Shown here: positions 1 to 12,110 of the stretch, in pieces
Position numbering within the stretch: the stretch's first letter is position 1
Layout: every line of letters starts with the position of its first letter
Source of the DNA: Macrostomum lignano
Taxonomy: Eukaryota
Direction: 5' to 3'
Length of the DNA: 32,676 nucleotides
NCBI GenBank assembly: GCA_002269645.1
Contig: NIVC01004872.1
Location: 1 to 32,676 of the forward strand
Made by a program: the position numbers and the translations under genes
The notes under the pieces: model-generated
Told to the model about the DNA's origin: nothing
Databases searched by the model: none
Seen by the model: the letters and a program-made list of their open reading frames with translations, nothing else

Positions 1-147
1 TCGATTTAATTAAGTCGATTCGATCCTTGCCAATGAAGTCATGCACATTCACAGTTTATCTAACACGATCTAAAAAAATTTCTATAAGGCCCATCAAAAT
101 CGACTCAGTCGGGATTTTAAACACATAGTCGATAGCAACAGGCTTAC

Positions 148-1847
148 TCAGCTCTGTTGCCCACCACAGCCTCGTTGAAGCCGGCGAAGACGCCGTCCGG
201 GCCACTAATGCCAGTCGAGAAACCGGTGAGTTTTGGGTTGAACTTCTTCAGCACGGCTGAAATGGTGCGGAACGATTTCTTAATTGGTAACAGCAAAGCA
301 TAGACATGTGTATTTTTTGCTTGTTAGATGCCAGAAATTACATGTAAACTTTACTTCGACTGATGTCCTCTTAATAGGGGATCACTAGAAATTATGAGTA
401 CTCATACTAGCATCAGGATCGATTTTTATCTCTAATTTTCGAGTTTGCGTTCATTTTCATAATTTTACATTGATTTTCCGACTTAACTTGGCATAGTAGT
501 GTGCTGAGACAAGTCTTCTTTGCCGCCCATGGTAAAACTGTGGCCCCGGTATTGCGTAAAGATGGTGAGCAGATTCTTGGAGTAAATGCCCATGCCAGCG
601 GTGAGAGAGTCGCCGATGGCTCCAACAACATCGATATCAGCTGGCCGCAGTTTGTCAACGTTAGTCGGCGGACTGTGGCTGCGAACGACATCGCAGTTAA
701 AAGCGGATCCAGTCTGAATTTTTTACCTTTCATAGTTTTAGCTTTTCTTCGACATTAAAATCAACCTGAGCTAGATACATGAGTACGAGTATTTTATCCA
801 CTATTATTCATTCAAATTATACGTATCATTTAAAGTACATATAGTTGTCAGCATGCAACCGATTCTTTTTAAAAATTAATAAAACAGTTAACTGGCAAAT
901 ATTCAACTTTAGTAAAAAGCCAACTTTCAGTTACTTAGAGCTAAATGAACACTCAATGTTTTACCGTTGGAACAGCGGCAGTTGCGTGCTTCTCACGGGC
1001 GGCGTTCCACTTGCGCTCGTGCTCAATTCTGTGCCGCTTCAGCTTGTCAGAGGCATACAGTGCGGTCACAGCGCTCTGCAGCACACGCAGATAAGTTTCA
1101 CCTGTAGTAATGTTGGATTAGCATGTTGAAAATATATGGCTGCTTTTTATGCCATGTTTTTCGGTTCTAAGACATTTTAGGTGAGAATAGTCATTCAAAA
1201 ACTACAATGAATTGTCTTCAGACAGTTATAGCAACTGCGTGACAGTGACTGGATACAACTAAGACCGTAATTTTTTAAATTGAATGTGCAGGTAGAAGAA
1301 CGTAATTTAATCGTTTAATTAAATTTGCTTTGATGCATAATGTCAAAAACGACCCGACAGAATGCTTGAAGGTCAAAAATCCAGCGCTAGCATCAAGACA
1401 CCATGGTTTTAGTTCCGGATTTAGGTCCGGATTTTGTACATGGTCACCTGGTGGCATCAACTGTTGGAGCAAATAGAGCCATATAAGTTGCAGTTCACGT
1501 ACCATCCATTATACGACAGAAATAGTATGAAAATCGGTGCCCAGATTCACTTACCTGCAGGGATGACTTCGTTGTCAAACGGTACCGCTTGTCTCAGAGT
1601 ATCCACAATTTCCGCAAGATCTTCCTCGGACCGATCCCGTGATTTTGCTGATTCTGAAGATATGCAATTGAATTACGAAATACAGCATTATTCTAAATCT
1701 ACAAACTACTATTTGATAAATAAGGTTCTTAAAAGTACATGCAGTCCTAGCTGTTTCCTTTAGCTTACCCTGAGCTTGAGTCAGTGTCGGCAGCCAACAA
1801 GCCAATAAAAGACAAGTAGTCGCAACTAAAATATTCAGCTGCATCAC
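148..1847 (-). CDS. PLB1-like: Phospholipase B1-like secreted GDSL/SGNH lipase, 5' part (exons 1-5); 3' exons not identified in the window
   Basis: Hand-spliced minus-strand exons 1847-1769, 1653-1555, 1101-965, 713-488 and 256-148, all GT-AG with compatible phases (1,1,0,1). Protein: signal peptide MMQLNILVATTCLLLACWLPTLTQAQ, then ...PTNVDKLRPADIDVVGAIGDSLTAGMG...QYRGHSFTMGG...TTMPTVLKKFNPKLTGFSTG...AGFNEAVVGNRA. This matches the PLB1 repeat pattern LRPADI-x-V-x-A-x-GDSLTAG / YRG-x-S-x-x-x-GG / KKFNP. Confidence 0.9.
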
Positions 1848-2395
1848 GACGACTTAATGGTACCTGCTTTTTTGTGGAAAAAACCTTCAAACTTGAAATA
1901 AAAGCTGGACTACGCTTATAGGAACCGTCCTTTACTTTTTATACCCTCATAGCGATGACCTTTGTACTATCAGGAATTGCATATATGATAAGTTTTATCG
2001 GTTTACAAACTGCCGCAACAGTTGCACCACCAATAGCTACTACAGTGGCGCCACCACACTCAGAAAGAGCAACGCAAATGGGAAAACAAATTTGTGACAT
2101 TTCCTCGTACTGATTATTAATGTGCATGTCTTGAGCCGTTTTTCTAACTTTTTTTCCGAAAAGCAACTGGTTGTTTCACATTTATCCTGTCTCACTTAAA
2201 ACTGCAGGAGCATTCTAGAGTATATAGCTATATGTACGAGCTAGATTAGCTAAAACACGTAATAGTTGAAAGGCTTGTATCATACTATTATCATAGATGT
2301 ACAGTGTACATCCAGGCGTTTTCATAAAAACAAAGACATGTAGCATAAGATATGCAAGACCATGCAAATAGACTTCAGATACCAATGCTTGCAAC

Positions 2396-3586
2396 TACGA
2401 GCCGGTTCTCATTAAGTTCTCGGAAAGATGTACTTCGCATTAATTGGGTTCAGTTGAAATTTGATTCCAAGTATTTTTGCATTCGCTGGAACGACGAGTT
2501 AAAGCCCCTCCTTAAATCAGCTTTTTGGAACGAGTCCAACTCAGCTCGCAGGGCATCCACAAGCTCCTCCCTTGAGTAAAATCGCCTTCCCTTCAAGTTC
2601 TTCTTCATTTTGTGCAAGAGGAACAGTTCGCAAGGCGAGTAAGCCGTGCTGAAACTGTGTTGTCTGCAAGAATTGCTGGGCCAACCCTCCGGTGCGCTGT
2701 TGTGGTTAAGGAAGATGCCCTTTTACTCGGTTTTGGCCGCTCTTGAGTAGACGGTGCTGTATCATTAAATATTCATTGTAGCTCTGCGCTCGAGCAACAC
2801 CAACCGCAAGATGCCACAGCGACGGAAAAAGATGACGGAAGTACTTCCCAACGCTTCGCTCGCGGCGAACTTTCAGCGGTGCATCCTCGTCACTGGTGAC
2901 CCACTGACGGCTGTCTAGTCTCCGGGTCGCAGAATTAGACCCAGGTTTCTTAACCTGTGCGAATATTGTTCAGTAATTTTGAGGCAAAGCCATCAAATTT
3001 GTCGAGCATGAGACGCGCGATCTCCATGCGGGCCTGCTTCTGAGCGACACTGAGGGGCACCCAGAGCGCGGACGCAGCATCCCGACGAGGTGATCGTTTA
3101 GGCAGGATCTTAAACAATGGTTGAATCCGACACCCCGACAAGATTCTCTAACCGTCGAATCGTCACTCACCGATCTTCGTATAGGTGTCACTACACGATA
3201 GCAACGACTTTATCTGTAACGACGAAACTTCGACGGACTTCGCGGGGTTCTCCATACAGACTGGCCGAGTCGCAGCGGAAGCGGCTGAACTAAGCCGTAG
3301 ACTATCGCCATAGACGGCCGCTTTGTCACCGAAGGCTGAACAGAGCGTATGATGGCAAGCAGCCGCCGTACTGTGCCCAGTCGAAACGGGACGAGGATAG
3401 CGTTGCGCCTGTCTCGATCAGCCAGGGTGGGCACAGTGCAGGGAAAACTAGAACCTTTTCTATAGTTGTCCCTGGGTGGGCAGTGGTGGCAGCAATTCAG
3501 CAGAACTTTGGCCACTTCGGCACATCATGATGGCCGATGAAGCGGAAATTTTGCATTGCCTTGCCCCATTTGCATTGCCCCTCGTA
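2396..3586 (-). mobile_element. Decayed mariner (Tc1/mariner) DNA transposon, near full length, transposase pseudogene
   Basis: Minus-strand fragments across frameshifts and stops: AFGDKA; LWVPLSVAQKQARMEIARLMLDKF (WVP motif, about 3060); NIRTG-ETWV*FCDPETRQ (TGDETW with the D lost); QWVTSDEDAPLKVRRERSVGK; IFLNHNSAP (HDNA-like); YSPCELFLLHKMKKNLKGRRFYSREEL...RRGFNSSFQRMQKYLESNFN*. Ends read TA|CGAG at 2396 and CTCG|TA at 3586, about 1.19 kb apart. The TIRs match poorly beyond CGAG. Confidence 0.8.
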
Positions 3587-3822
3587 TCAATGGTCATAGC
3601 TTGTGCAGAGTGCATAGGGAGAATTTCGTGGTGCTGTACGTCTTTAAATCTCTTATTTCTGAAATTCATGAAGGTTTATTCAACTAATAAATCGATTCAT
3701 TCATATATAAAAATAGGGAAAATTTGTCTTCTGTGTCTCATTTAGTAGTATGTGTAGAGTACGGAGGGAAAAATAAAGTTTGCAGATATCTTTTGGAACT
3801 CTCATCGGACACACTACTAAAA

Positions 3823-4421
3823 TGAGTTCGTCCCGAATCGGGAAATACCGGCTGAGTCCGGGTTCCTCTTGCTCCTTGTGCCCCTCACCAACCCCTTGGC
3901 TTGGGAGCTTTTAGAGCTGGATAGCGAAAAAGCGTTGAGGCTTGCAGCCCTATAGGAGGATTATGCAGTTGCCTACCTGATAGGAGACTCGCCCATCGCA
4001 ATAAGCTTCCAGACTCGCTCCAATCTAAAGCATTCTTTCCGTAGACTTCGGGCTTTCCCGCTCTCGGACCGCTTTCCAAAATTTTTCCAAAATTTTTCGC
4101 GCACTCGGGACTTGTCGCTAGGGCTTGCTTGGGTGGACTCGGTCCTAGCACCGTCCCTGATTCCATTATGGGTTGGCGGTGTCTTAGTCCATAGGCTTGG
4201 GTTAGTAGCGTCCAATAAGGCTCCACCAGGCCTTGAGTCCTGGTCCCAATCTAGGCTGCTCGGGCTTGCTCGGGCTTATCTACCAGGGGCAGATAAGCCC
4301 TAAACATCTACCAGGGGCTTATCTGCCCCTGGTAGATAAGCCCCCTACAAGATCCAGCGGCAGAGCCAGAGCCCTCCTCCGGGCTGATCCGCGGGTAGCA
4401 CTGCTTCCCACCCCCCGTTTT
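3823..4421 (-). other. Unclassified structured repeat-like element (candidate LTR plus PPT, or rDNA-spacer-like fragment)
   Basis: Bounded by TG (3823) and CA (4410). On the minus strand it is immediately preceded by the purine tract AAAACGGGGGG (4421-4411). It contains a tandem TTTCCAAAATT motif (about 4073-4095), recurrent GGGCTTGCT motifs and a 29-bp perfect inverted repeat (4272-4343). There is no coding support. Confidence 0.3.
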
Positions 4422-5215
4422 AACAACAATAGATTGGGACTAATTTCAATTTCGAGTACCAGCCAACCGAAAGGAATACGAGCTAGCTAAGACGAGTTAT
4501 CTAATACATACCCTCCACTGATGTATCTTAATGCATCCTAAGGTATTCTGGCTGGGAATCCCATTCTGTTCAAAAACAGCTTTAATTGTCCGAGACCGAA
4601 TACGCAGAATTCTGTTACCGTTTCCGTGGTTGTAATGTTAAGTCTCTACAGCCTCTGTCGTTTAGGGGGAGGGGGCTTGCTCTAGCTGTAGGACCAGTTG
4701 GAGAGTGAACCCCGTCATTCTGTAAGAGCTAATACTGTAACACTACTCAAATGAACTTATATTTTTTACATGTAGAAAACCAACCCTGTATAAGATCAAT
4801 CAATAACTTGGCGACAAGCGGTGCCGATTAAGGGGATGATGAAGCAGTGGGGCAAAGAAATTTGATTCTGTACGTGTACTGAGAAGATCGAAGCAAGTCT
4901 CTCTCAAAGGTGCAAAACTTTTAATTTTCCACTTGGAGATAATGAGACTAGCTGTAACGGCTTAGCTTCATGGGGCAAGCAGCCTACTCGTAGACTCCTA
5001 GACGCAACTCTAGTGAACAAGAATGTTTTTCTGAAACACTTACTTGCGTACTACATGTATAGGTATGAATGAACCAGAATCCTATATAATTGAAAACAGA
5101 CTATACATGTATGCGGCACTGCATGTATAAATCGTTAGTTGTGGCTTCCTCTTACTCCATGATCAGTGTGACCAATTTTTTAGCGACATTAACTACTGAA
5201 TACTACGAGCGTAGC

Positions 5216-5285
5216 TGTTAACTGCATGCTATTGTAGTTATAGCTCGTATATGTTAACTGCATGCTATTGTAGTTATAGCTCGTA
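5216..5285 (+). repeat. Tandem duplication of 34 bp (period 36)
   Basis: TGTTAACTGCATGCTATTGTAGTTATAGCTCGTA at 5216-5249 and 5252-5285. Confidence 0.9.
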
Positions 5286-5975
5286 GATAACAACGCATTC
5301 TAAGAAATTTGGTGAGAGGGGATTCTGGGGTCAAGACCCAAAAGGTGGCAGGTGGGCGGGCCTGTATTTTAACGAAAATTCGCTTGGTTCCCTTTGTAGT
5401 TTTTGGAGTCTCCGCCGAAAGAGGGCCCTCCTTAACTTGTTGTACCCCTTGCTCAGAGTTTTTTCGTACCTACATCTGTACTATGTAACATATACTGCTG
5501 TGTACTGGGCCCACATTAGCTATGCTTTCTGTTCATAAAAATAAACGCAGCATACTACTAGAAGTAGATGTAACCACATGACGTCCAAAAAATAGTGTTT
5601 TCATTTTAGTCAACTCTAAGAGATATATAGCCGAGAGTTTTCCTCCCATGTAAGAATAACGACCTTGAATGGTAAAAAAGTTAAGCTTGTTTTTTGCGCT
5701 ATTTTATCCTTGATTAGCAGTTTTTATAAATTTTTCAGCGAAAAGCTAAACCCATTTACACAAAAACTAAGCAATTAACGTCAAATATTGAATGCACTAT
5801 AGTGTAAGCTTTTTAGGATCTACTTTGCGCAACTTCAATGAATGCAAATCGTTCCAAGAAACATGCAATATTTAAGCTTACCCGCAATAATACTTTCGGT
5901 ATCACACTCGAGTCTAATTACAAAACAGTTTCTATTTACTCACTAAATTTGACCGACTAACGATCAAAGATCAAA

Positions 5976-8078
5976 ATGTCTGACTGGCTTGCTTCATCTG
6001 GTGTGTCGAACCGTGATGATTTGGTCTACATGGCAAAACTTGCCGAGCAGGCAGAACGATATGATGACATGGCAGCTGCTATGAAGTCTGTAACAGAGAA
6101 GGGACAAGAGCTTGGAAACGAAGAAAGGAACTTGCTTTCTGTGGCCTACAAGAACGTCGTTGGTGCCAGGCGTTCTTCATGGAGGGTGATTTCCAGCATT
6201 GAGAGCAAGACCGAAGGCCATGAAAGGAAACAGTCCACTGCAAAAGAATATCGTCAGAAGATTGAAGCTGAACTTCAAAAAGTATGCAAGGAAGTATTGG
6301 TAAGTAGGCCCATAGAAACGGCATTATGACTATATTCTCTACTTTACTTTTTGCTCACATTTAGACCATAAAGTATTAGTTAATGTAATTTTAATTTCTC
6401 TTAAAATTAACCATTGCATTGATAATGCTTATGGCATTTTATTAATTTAATAAGTTATAAATTATAAAGTAATACATAGTAGATAATTATATTTAATTAT
6501 GGCTATTATATAAATACTATATATAGTATAGTAATTTTGTATTTATATATAACTAGCAACTTACTTAGAAAACTGTCAACTATTTTTAGCTTAGTTAGTT
6601 CAACCTAGACAGCATCTCATCTTGAAAAAACAAATATCTATTTGAAAGGTATGTTTTGTTGTATCATTATGATTAATATATTTTTACAAAAGTTTGGCTA
6701 TTTTGGCGTACCACTTTGGTGTACCACTTTGAGCTTGAGAAATTTTTTGGCATACCAATTTTGGAGGAATAAATTCATGCTGTGTATAAAAATTGTAATG
6801 TAAATTAACCCTTTTTAGTTTTTATGTAAAATGAAGGAAAATTTGTATAGTCTAAAAAGTCAGTGATAAACTTTTTGCTTTTTTTATATTAACATTGAAT
6901 AAAACTTGTGTAAATTATTGCTAAGAATGTAAATATTTGCTTTCTTTTTTCTGTAGGGTTAAATTAAATTTGTTTAAAATGAAAATATTCGTTATATTTA
7001 AAAGAATTTTCATACAAAAGCCTTTAGAAAACTCTACTTGTGAAAACCAAATGACCTTTTTAGAAGGAATTTTTGGCATACATTTTAGGGATTTTTTTGT
7101 TTTTGGCGTACACTGGCATACATTTAGCTGAGATAGGATTTTTGTTCCGGCATACACTACTACACAATCCGAACTGTGGTCAGAATCTTGATCATATGTC
7201 TGATAATTTCTATTCTATTTAATATTATATCATTATCAAGTAAAATATATATTATATATTAGCCAAAAATAAACCTTTCTCTAGCTAATAAATGTTGTTG
7301 TAACTTATATGCTTTATACAAAGAAAATAGACTATATCAAAATCATTTTCCTATCTTTAAAGACTGAAAAAATAGCCTTTTATAATAAAACAAGTATTAT
7401 CATTACTATGCATTATATTTAACATTTGTATAACTTATCTATCATTTTCTTTCATTTTGTAGAATCTGCTTGATGACTTTCTGATCAAGCAAGCTTCTAC
7501 CCCAGAGTCGAAGGTCTTTTACTACAAGATGAAAGGTGATTATTACCGTTATCTGGCTGAAGTTGCCACTGGTGATGAGCGCAAGGATGTCATTGACCAG
7601 TCTGAGGGTGCCTACAAGGCTGCCACTGAGCATGCTGAGTCTGAGCTGCCAACCACTCATCCAATTCGGCTTGGCCTGGCCCTCAACTACTCTGTTTTCT
7701 TCTATGAAATCAAGAGTGAATCTGACAAGGCCTGCCAGCTGGCAAAGAAGGTAAATGAGGCTAATATATTAGCAATTTGATTGTCTCCTCAACTAGCTGG
7801 CAAGTAGCTAAGCTATTAATCAAACCACTCGTCTGATTTCCAGGCCTTTGACAATGCAATCGCCGACTTGGATGAAATTGGCGAGGATTCCTACAAGGAT
7901 TCGACACTCATTATGCAGCTCCTGCGAGACAACCTGACTGTAGGTTTACTCCATCTATTATATGGTGTTTTGCTGTACACTTCAGTGTTTTAAATAACCT
8001 TATTTGTATTTGAAAACTACTCCATTTTAGCTGTGGACATCTGAGCAAGGCGGAGAAGACGGAGAGCAGGATCAGTAA
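5976..8078 (+). CDS. 14-3-3: 14-3-3 protein (zeta-like), complete, 251 aa, 4 exons
   Basis: Exons 5976-6299, 7463-7750, 7844-7939 and 8031-8078 (TAA), all GT-AG phase 0. Motifs present: [85 protein letters not shown]. The phosphopeptide-binding K/R/R/Y residues are intact. AATAAA at about 8193. Confidence 0.97.
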
Positions 8079-10205
8079 AGTCTACACACCCAGCTCTGGC
8101 CACCAGCAGTACCGACTTATTTACTGTACTAATGACTTGATTAGATTGCATCAGTTGTCATTCTCAAATTTGTCCTACTCGGTATTAGTATTAATAAAAA
8201 TTCCTTACTTATCTTACTAATATTATTATTATCGTTTATTCATGCTTTCATGCTTTATACGATTCCTTAAATTCATCAACACAAACTAAAATTTAGGTGT
8301 TGATTTGTGTTGTGTTTTCGGACAGCACAGATACTATTAGCTATTCATTTTTTATTATCTAATCGTTTCTTCTCTGATGAAAAACGAAAACTATAAAATT
8401 TAGGATTTATTCGTTATTAGTCAACTATTCGTGTCTGTTGGTAAGGCTTACAATTAGACTAACTTTGAATTAATGTATTGATCCGAGAGCGATTTATTGT
8501 ACATGTCAGCTGGCCAGTTTTTGCGCAAGTGCAGGATTCAAAAGCAGTCATTTTTTGTTAACTATTGGCTAAAAGCTGCTATTAGGCTTCGAATCTGTAG
8601 TTCATCTGATTGATTAGTTTCACGAAATTATGCTTAATTAATCAGTACTATAATACTGATCTATTTGTCCGTCTCAGCAACTCTGCCATGAAACTTAGTC
8701 AAGCTAACAGCGTTGTAATCTGCTGTGATTTTATTAATTTTATTGTGTATTTATTAGTATGGCACTATTCTGTCAGTATATATAAACGTATACTATATAT
8801 TATAATGCTATTTCTCAGCAGCAGGGCGCAGGTAACAAAACTGACAAATTGCATAAGCTCTACATTTTCCACAGTTTGCAAGTTTGCAACTTAAAAAATT
8901 AAACTACGAGTGTATGAATACGTGTAGAACTTTCGATAATTTTTGTCTCAATAAAACTGCTTTTGGTAATTATTTTTGATTCCTTAAGACTTTGTCCTTT
9001 TTATTGCTTTTCTACGAGCATAAAGTGAATTTAAGATCAACGGAAATTATTATAGGCTGCATGCAAGATAACCCTTTGAAATTGGAGTCTTGGTGAATGT
9101 TGTACTTTGAAACCGAGTATTCAGCTCTATTCTTGTTAAAGCTTTCAGTTGAATACTGTAATGTAGCAGAGGCTCATCACAGAATCTACAAGCAAAGGCG
9201 TCGCCATGGATTTCATGGTGGAGAGGGGGCAAAGCCAAGAATTCTACATGTACATGTATGACCATTTAAATTTCTACATGTACATTATTTATGGAATCTG
9301 TGTCAGCGACCATTTTAGCGACGCAGGTATACTCCCTTTGGCGCCGCAGGTACATGTACCAGCTCATTGTGGTGGCGCGCAGGCGCTATGTTTTGTATAG
9401 CTGAAGCAAAACTATTGATTTCCATAACGGGTCACAAAGTGGGGTTGGGGACAACGCGGTAGCAGGCCACATCATCTGTGCTTAGCCGTGGCTAACCGCA
9501 GACCGTTCTACTGGAGGCTGTTCATTCTGATGTTTCAATTGTACCCTCACCGGCATGCACGTGCACTGTGTTTCATGCCAAATGCGTACGTGCACAGACA
9601 TGAAGTCCTATAATTAAGGAGGATAACTTTCTTATACGAGCGTATTATTGGGTCAGAAGAGATTGGTAAAAATAGCTCGGAAAATGAAAGAAAATTGCTA
9701 CAAGTCATGAGTGAATTGCTACTTTATTACTCCATAAATTTAATCACTTATTATCACAGGAGGAATGTAAGACCGGTTTTGTTGAGCCTAATTTTGTAGC
9801 CTTCAACAATTAGAATGTTTCGCAGCTTCGATATGCGCTACTTGCAGTAGAAACTATAGGACGTATAATGTTTTTTCGTACGAACACAACGCATCCGTTT
9901 TCGTATGAGGCTGTGGCGAAAATGTCAGATTAACTCATTTATACGTCAATTTCGCTAATCCCTGTTCCATCTTTGCTTTCGTTTTCCGCTAATAACTATT
10001 TGAAGAATGATTTCGATTTATACATTACGAGTATATGCTTCGTGTATTGGCTTCTAAGAACAAAACATCTGAGTGTTACTCATAAATCAGATCCAGAGTC
10101 AGATGAATCTGACCTCCAACCCCTCGTTCAATTAAAACGGTTTTTTATTATTTACCTAAACCACGGGTCGGTAAGCTTTTTTACCTCAAAGCCCAGATAA
10201 AGAAC

Positions 10206-10548
10206 CTATAGCGCATAACTGCGAGCCAGAGAGTAGGGAGAGAGAAGGGAGAGAATAAAGAAGAGAGACAGGAGAAAAGAAGTGAGGGAATAAAGGAGAA
10301 GAGAGGAGACAAGAGGAGGGGTTAAATCGAAGAGGGGAGAGAGAAGGGAGAGGAGAGGAGTGAAGAGTAGAGGAGATGTCGAGAGGCCAGATAAGAGAAG
10401 GATATGAGAGAGGAGATTCGAGAGGAGGGAGCTGAGAAAAGACACAAACCTTGAGCGGGCTGGATTGCTTTTGTGTTAAGTTTCAAAGGGCCGGATAGAG
10501 ACAGATTTCGCAGGCCGCATGTGGCTCTTTTCTTCTTTTGTCGGAACC
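10206..10548 (-). mobile_element. hAT-derived non-autonomous fragment, copy 1 (with internal CT-rich tract)
   Basis: The reverse complement (CACATGCGGCCTGCGAA...CTCTATCCGGCCCTTTGAAACTT...GCAATCCAGCCCGCTCAAGGTTTGTGTCTTTTCTCAGCTC) aligns by eye to 15375-15560. It has a degenerate terminus GGGGTTCCGACAA. Confidence 0.65.
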
Positions 10549-11427
10549 CCATTCCTTCTCACTTTTTACCTCTACAGTGTATGTAATTGGAGCTTTGCTC
10601 ACATCGCACCTCATTCTTTAATAGCAGTTTTGTATTTTGAATAGCAATTTTTATTATCCTACGGCATAGGTTCTGTTCTGATGCAGTGCTGATCGCCACG
10701 GCCTATAGAAATTTCTAGATACGGTCGAGCCCGTAGCTCTATAAAACTTTCGTTATTGTTTGTTACACTTGTTTCAATGCGTCTAAATGGGATCGCTGAG
10801 TTATATTTATATCATACAGCTTAAAGTACATCCGAAATGCATCTGAGTGGGTAGATATTAATATGCTTTCTAAAATGCATACTAAATGGTCATGGTGTTA
10901 ATAATTTCATTTCTGCATTTGCGCCTCAAAGCCAATTATTTAAATGCGCTTCCTTTATTCATGCAGCGGGCCCTAAATCCCGCAGCCCTTTTTTGCGTGA
11001 CTGTTGAAAATTTATGAATTAATATTTGGATTGAAATTAGGGGGGGGATTTCACTGCATGACTTGCTTTTGCAGCACTGCAGTTTCGAGTCAGGTCAGGA
11101 GTTGAAGGGTTTCAGAGAAGAGCGATTTTTCATTGAATATTTAGGCGACGAGCCTGGAGTATATCCAGGTGCTCGAGTCCCTTTGTATTTGAAACAATAC
11201 CATATATGCAGTTTGATACAGGTAAGTTGAATGCAATCATATTTCATACGTAAGAACCCTTTCGAATTTTAGAAGACGCAATCGTATCAAGCTTAAGGAA
11301 AACGTCGTTACGAAGACAAAGACGTCATGTTAGTTTTTTTCACGAGTATCATTAGTATAGCGGACAAATAGATGTCGACAACTATAGTACATGAACTTCG
11401 ATCTACTTTGGTCAACCTACCAAGGAC

Positions 11428-12022
11428 CAGGGGCGTAGCCAGGAATTTTGATTGGGGGGGGCCCGTGAGTTAGGGTGCGCCAGCTTCTTATAGGGGGGGG
11501 CGCCAGTTTCTTTTAGGGGGGGGGCGCCAGTTTCTTTTAGGGGGGAGCGCCAGTTTCTTTTAGGGAGAGCGCCAGTTTCTTTTAGGGAAGGCGCCAGTTT
11601 CTTTTAGGGGGGGCGCCAGTTTCTTTTAGGAGGGGGGGGCGCCAGTTTCTTTTAGGGGGGGCGCCAGTTTTTTTAGGGGGCGCCAGTTTCTTATAGGGGG
11701 CGCCAGTTTCTTTTAGGAGGGGGGGCGCCAGTTTCTTTTACCGGGGGGGGGGCGCTAGTTTCTTTTAGGGGGGCGCCAGTTTCTTTTAGGAGGGGGGGCG
11801 CCAGTTTCTTTTAGGGGGGGCGCCAGTTTTTTTTAGGGGGCGCCAGTTTCTTATAGGGGGCGCCAGTTTCTTTTAGGAGGGGGGCGCCAGTTTCTTTTAC
11901 CGGGGGGGGCGCTAGTTTCTTTTAGGGGGGGCGCCAGTTTCTTTTAGGGGGGGCGCCAAGGCCAGAGTTGGTGATTATGGGGGGGCCACGGACCCCCTTG
12001 CCCCCCTCTGGCTACGCCCCTG
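11428..12022. mobile_element. hAT-superfamily MITE (595 bp) with internal G-rich minisatellite
   Basis: Perfect 15-bp TIR CAGGGGCGTAGCCAG / CTGGCTACGCCCCTG. Exact 8-bp TSD CCAAGGAC at 11420-11427 and 12023-12030 (an 8-bp TSD is the hAT hallmark). About 22 internal copies of GCGCCAGTTTCTTTTAG(G)n. Confidence 0.92.
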
Positions 12023-12110
12023 CCAAGGACGACTAATATATAAGTATGTCTTTTAAAATTTAGTTATGATAGCCAGGGTGTGGGCTATGTGGGTTAACAC
12101 GAATGTATAC

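Noticed and set aside
1-147. Next PLB1-like exon
   Set aside because: Candidate acceptors give immediate in-frame stops, so the next exon probably lies left of the window.
4470-4740. rRNA or hammerhead ribozyme fragment (GAGCTAATAC, CCGAAAGG)
   Set aside because: The matches are 10 nt or shorter, and neither an extended rRNA similarity nor a CUGANGA/GAAA core with stems is present.
6700-7160. Scattered TTTTGGC[A/G]TAC motifs in 14-3-3 intron 1
   Set aside because: There are about 5 short copies with no TIR/TSD or periodicity, so they cannot be assigned to an element.
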